A DNA stretch of 52,977 bases. Origin: Aeromicrobium sp. (GTDB lineage Bacteria; Actinomycetota; Actinomycetes; Propionibacteriales; Nocardioidaceae). This document shows, one piece after another, positions 50,555 through 52,977 of the stretch (position 1 is its first letter; the number at the start of each line of letters is the position of its first letter). Position numbers and translations under genes: made by a program. The stretch covers positions 1 to 52,977 of the forward strand of contig NZ_JAOPXQ010000102.1 of the NCBI RefSeq assembly GCF_025965075.1, written 5' to 3'. Under the pieces are notes generated by a model that searched no databases, had not been told where the DNA came from, and was given only the letters and a program-made list of their open reading frames with translations.

Positions 50555-51166
50555 TCTCGATTCGCGGTCATCGGGGACCTCGTGGGCTCGCGGGAGCACG
50601 CGTCGCGGGCGGAGGCGCAGCAGCACCTCCTGACCGCGCTGGCCGTCGTCAACGACCTGGTGCCCTCGCTCCAGCCACTGGAACCGACGATCGGCGACGA
50701 GCTGCAGGGTGTCTACGCGGACCTCCACCAGGCGCTGACCGCCACGGTGCTGGTCCGGCTCGCGCTGCCCGAGCCGATGGACTGCAGGTTCGGCATCGGG
50801 GTCGGAGCGGTCGAGATCGTCGGTACGTCCAACTATGGTCTGACCCAGGACGGCCAGGCATGGTGGTCGGCGCGGGAGGCCATCGACACGGCGAAGGCCA
50901 AGGGCCGGCAGGCTCCGGGCCTGCGGACCTGGCTGGTGCGTCAGCCATCGGGAGAGGGGGACATCGTGAACGCCTATCTGCTCGTGCGCGACCAGCTCGT
51001 CAGCGACTTCGACGGTCGCCAGCGCCGGATCGCGCTCGCCGAGCTCCACGGCAAGTCGCTGTCGCAGATCGCGGAGGAGGAGGGCATCTCGACCTCCGCG
51101 GTGTCCCAGCGCCATCGCGGCGGCATCAGCGTGCTGCTCGAGTCGATCGGCGAGGTGCCCCGATGA
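50537..51166 (+). CDS. satD: SatD-family protein (nucleotide-cyclase-like domain plus C-terminal HTH)
   Basis: [35 protein letters not shown]; [22 protein letters not shown]. Confidence 0.8.
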   Translation: MNPDASSRFAVIGDLVGSREHASRAEAQQHLLTALAVVNDLVPSLQPLEPTIGDELQGVYADLHQALTATVLVRLALPEPMDCRFGIGVGAVEIVGTSNYGLTQDGQAWWSAREAIDTAKAKGRQAPGLRTWLVRQPSGEGDIVNAYLLVRDQLVSDFDGRQRRIALAELHGKSLSQIAEEEGISTSAVSQRHRGGISVLLESIGEVPR

Positions 51167-51825
51167 GCGCCCTCGCGGTCCTGCTCGCCGCCGTGGGCGC
51201 CGCCGATCTGGTCCGCCGCTGGAAGATCCCCGTCGGCGTGCTCGTCGTCGTCGCGGGCCTGCTGCTGCTCGGTGCCGGCTGGCACACCCTGTGGTTGGCG
51301 GTCGTGCTGGGCATCGTGGTCGTCGCCTGGGTCGTCTCGGCGGCGGGCGACTTGTCCGTCGGCACGGGGCTGCTCGCGGCTGTCGCCGTGGTGCTGGTGG
51401 TCGTCTCGGGCGACCTGACGTTCGACGACGCGCCGATCCAGGGGTGGTACGACGACCTCGCCGTCCCGCGGCTGGACACCGTGCCGCTCGACCGGGCGGC
51501 CCTGGGTCTGGGGGTCGTGCTCTTCCTGACGACCGCGGCCAACGTCGTGGTCCGTCGCGCGCTCTCGGCGATGGGGCCGCGGGTCCTGGCCCAGGAGAAC
51601 GACCTCAGGGGAGGGCGGGTGCTCGGCCCGCTCGAGCGATGGTTCGTGTTCGCCTGCGCCGTGACCGGCAACCTCGCGGCGATCGCCGTGGTCGTGGCGG
51701 CCAAGGGCATCCTGCGGTTTCCCGAGATCTCCCGCGACCAGCCGGACGGTCTGCGGGCCGAGTACGTCCTGGTGGGCAGCTTCGTCAGCTGGGGACTCGC
51801 GCTGGTGCTCGTCCCGCTGTTCTGA
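51163..51825 (+). CDS. Multi-TM membrane protein (SatE/DUF3307-like)
   Basis: ATGA overlap with satD; [30 protein letters not shown]. Confidence 0.72.
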   Translation: MSALAVLLAAVGAADLVRRWKIPVGVLVVVAGLLLLGAGWHTLWLAVVLGIVVVAWVVSAAGDLSVGTGLLAAVAVVLVVVSGDLTFDDAPIQGWYDDLAVPRLDTVPLDRAALGLGVVLFLTTAANVVVRRALSAMGPRVLAQENDLRGGRVLGPLERWFVFACAVTGNLAAIAVVVAAKGILRFPEISRDQPDGLRAEYVLVGSFVSWGLALVLVPLF

Positions 51826-51872
51826 GGACCTCCGCGAACGAGCGCGACACGCCGCGCCGTAATCTTGGGGGC

Positions 51873-52977
51873 ATGCCTCCCGAGAACGAGATCGACATCA
51901 AGCCGCGCAGCCGCACCGTCACCGATGGCCTCGAGGCCACCGCGTCGCGAGGAATGCTCCGCGCCGTGGGCATGGGTGACGACGACTGGGAGAAGCCGCA
52001 GATCGGCGTGGCCTCCAGCTGGAACGAGATCACCCCCTGCAACCTGTCGCTCGACCGCCTCGCGAAGCGGGCCAAGGAGGGCGTGCACGCCGGTGGGGGA
52101 TACCCGCTCGAGTTCGGCACGATCTCGGTGTCCGACGGCATCTCGATGGGGCACGAGGGCATGCACTTCTCGCTCGTCAGCCGCGAGGTCATCGCCGACT
52201 CGGTCGAGACCGTCATGATGGCCGAGCGCCTCGACGGATCCGTCCTGCTCGCCGGTTGCGACAAGAGCCTGCCCGGCATGCTGATGGCCGCGGCCCGCCT
52301 CGACCTGGCCAGCGTGTTCGTCTACGCCGGGTCGATCATGCCCGGCAACGTCGACGGCAAGGACGTCACGATCATCGACGCCTTCGAGGCCGTCGGCGCG
52401 TGCCTCAAGGGCCTCATCTCCCGCGAGCAGGTCGACAAGATCGAGCGCGCGATCTGCCCCGGCGAGGGCGCGTGCGGCGGCATGTACACCGCCAACACGA
52501 TGGCATCGGCCGCCGAGGCGCTCGGCATGAGCCTGCCCGGCTCGTCGGCACCGCCGGCCATCGACAGCCGCCGTGACGAGTTCGCGATCGCGTCCGGCGA
52601 GGCCGTCGTCGAGCTGCTCCGCAAGGGGATCACGGCACGCGACATCATGACCAAGCCCGCGTTCGAGAACGCGATCGCGCTCGTCATGGCGCTCGGCGGC
52701 TCGACCAACGCGGTGCTGCACCTGCTGGCGATCGCCCGCGAGGCCGAGGTCGATCTGAGCCTTGCGGACTTCAGCCGCATCGGCGACAAGGTCCCGCACC
52801 TCGGCGACCTGAAGCCCTTCGGCCGCTACGTCATGAACGACGTCGACAAGGTCGGCGGCATCCCGGTCATCATGAAGGCGCTGCTCGACGCCGGCCTGAT
52901 GAACGGCGACTGCCTCACCGTCACCGGCAAGACCATGGCCGAGAACCTCGCGCACATCGAGCCCAAGGTCGACGGCG
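51873..52977 (+). CDS. ilvD: Dihydroxy-acid dehydratase, 3'-truncated (absent from the ORF track because it has no stop in the window)
   Basis: Translated by eye: [57 protein letters not shown]; TAATCT -10 lies 7 nt upstream. Confidence 0.96.
   Translation, partial: MPPENEIDIKPRSRTVTDGLEATASRGMLRAVGMGDDDWEKPQIGVASSWNEITPCNLSLDRLAKRAKEGVHAGGGYPLEFGTISVSDGISMGHEGMHFSLVSREVIADSVETVMMAERLDGSVLLAGCDKSLPGMLMAAARLDLASVFVYAGSIMPGNVDGKDVTIIDAFEAVGACLKGLISREQVDKIERAICPGEGACGGMYTANTMASAAEALGMSLPGSSAPPAIDSRRDEFAIASGEAVVELLRKGITARDIMTKPAFENAIALVMALGGSTNAVLHLLAIAREAEVDLSLADFSRIGDKVPHLGDLKPFGRYVMNDVDKVGGIPVIMKALLDAGLMNGDCLTVTGKTMAENLAHIEPKVDG

Overview
High-GC actinobacterial chromosome segment. A Nocardioidaceae-like origin (e.g. 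Aeromicrobium/Nocardioides) is my inference from gene content and protein style. From left to right it holds: the 3' part of an oligo/dipeptide ABC transporter operon; a LexA-boxed imuA'-imuB-dnaE2 mutasome; an nrtR-nadA-nadB-nadC-cysteine desulfurase operon with two NrtR-type operators; and a ~17.3 kb accessory block (15.9-33.2 kb). In that block a Tad/Flp pilus operon ends in a membrane LysM-[degenerate FtsK-like]-SARP/BTAD protein. It faces a minimal type VII secretion module: a ubiquitin-like/FHA/EccC-type ATPase, a WXG100 protein, a WXG-like partner, an EspG-like protein, a lipase-type effector and a lipoprotein immunity candidate. Core genes follow (iscS-mnmA-metE-like-ligA ... gatCAB ... 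ilvD), interspersed with small accessory genes. The best candidate for an undescribed system is the Tad + minimal T7SS + toxin/immunity block. Other leads are a ~205-nt multi-hairpin ncRNA candidate (42678-42882), a SatD cyclase-like/HTH gene plus membrane gene under three 28-bp-phased operators, and three mirror-symmetric intergenic repeat elements. No tRNA, rRNA, CRISPR array or transposase was seen. All family assignments come from motifs read by eye; no searches were run.
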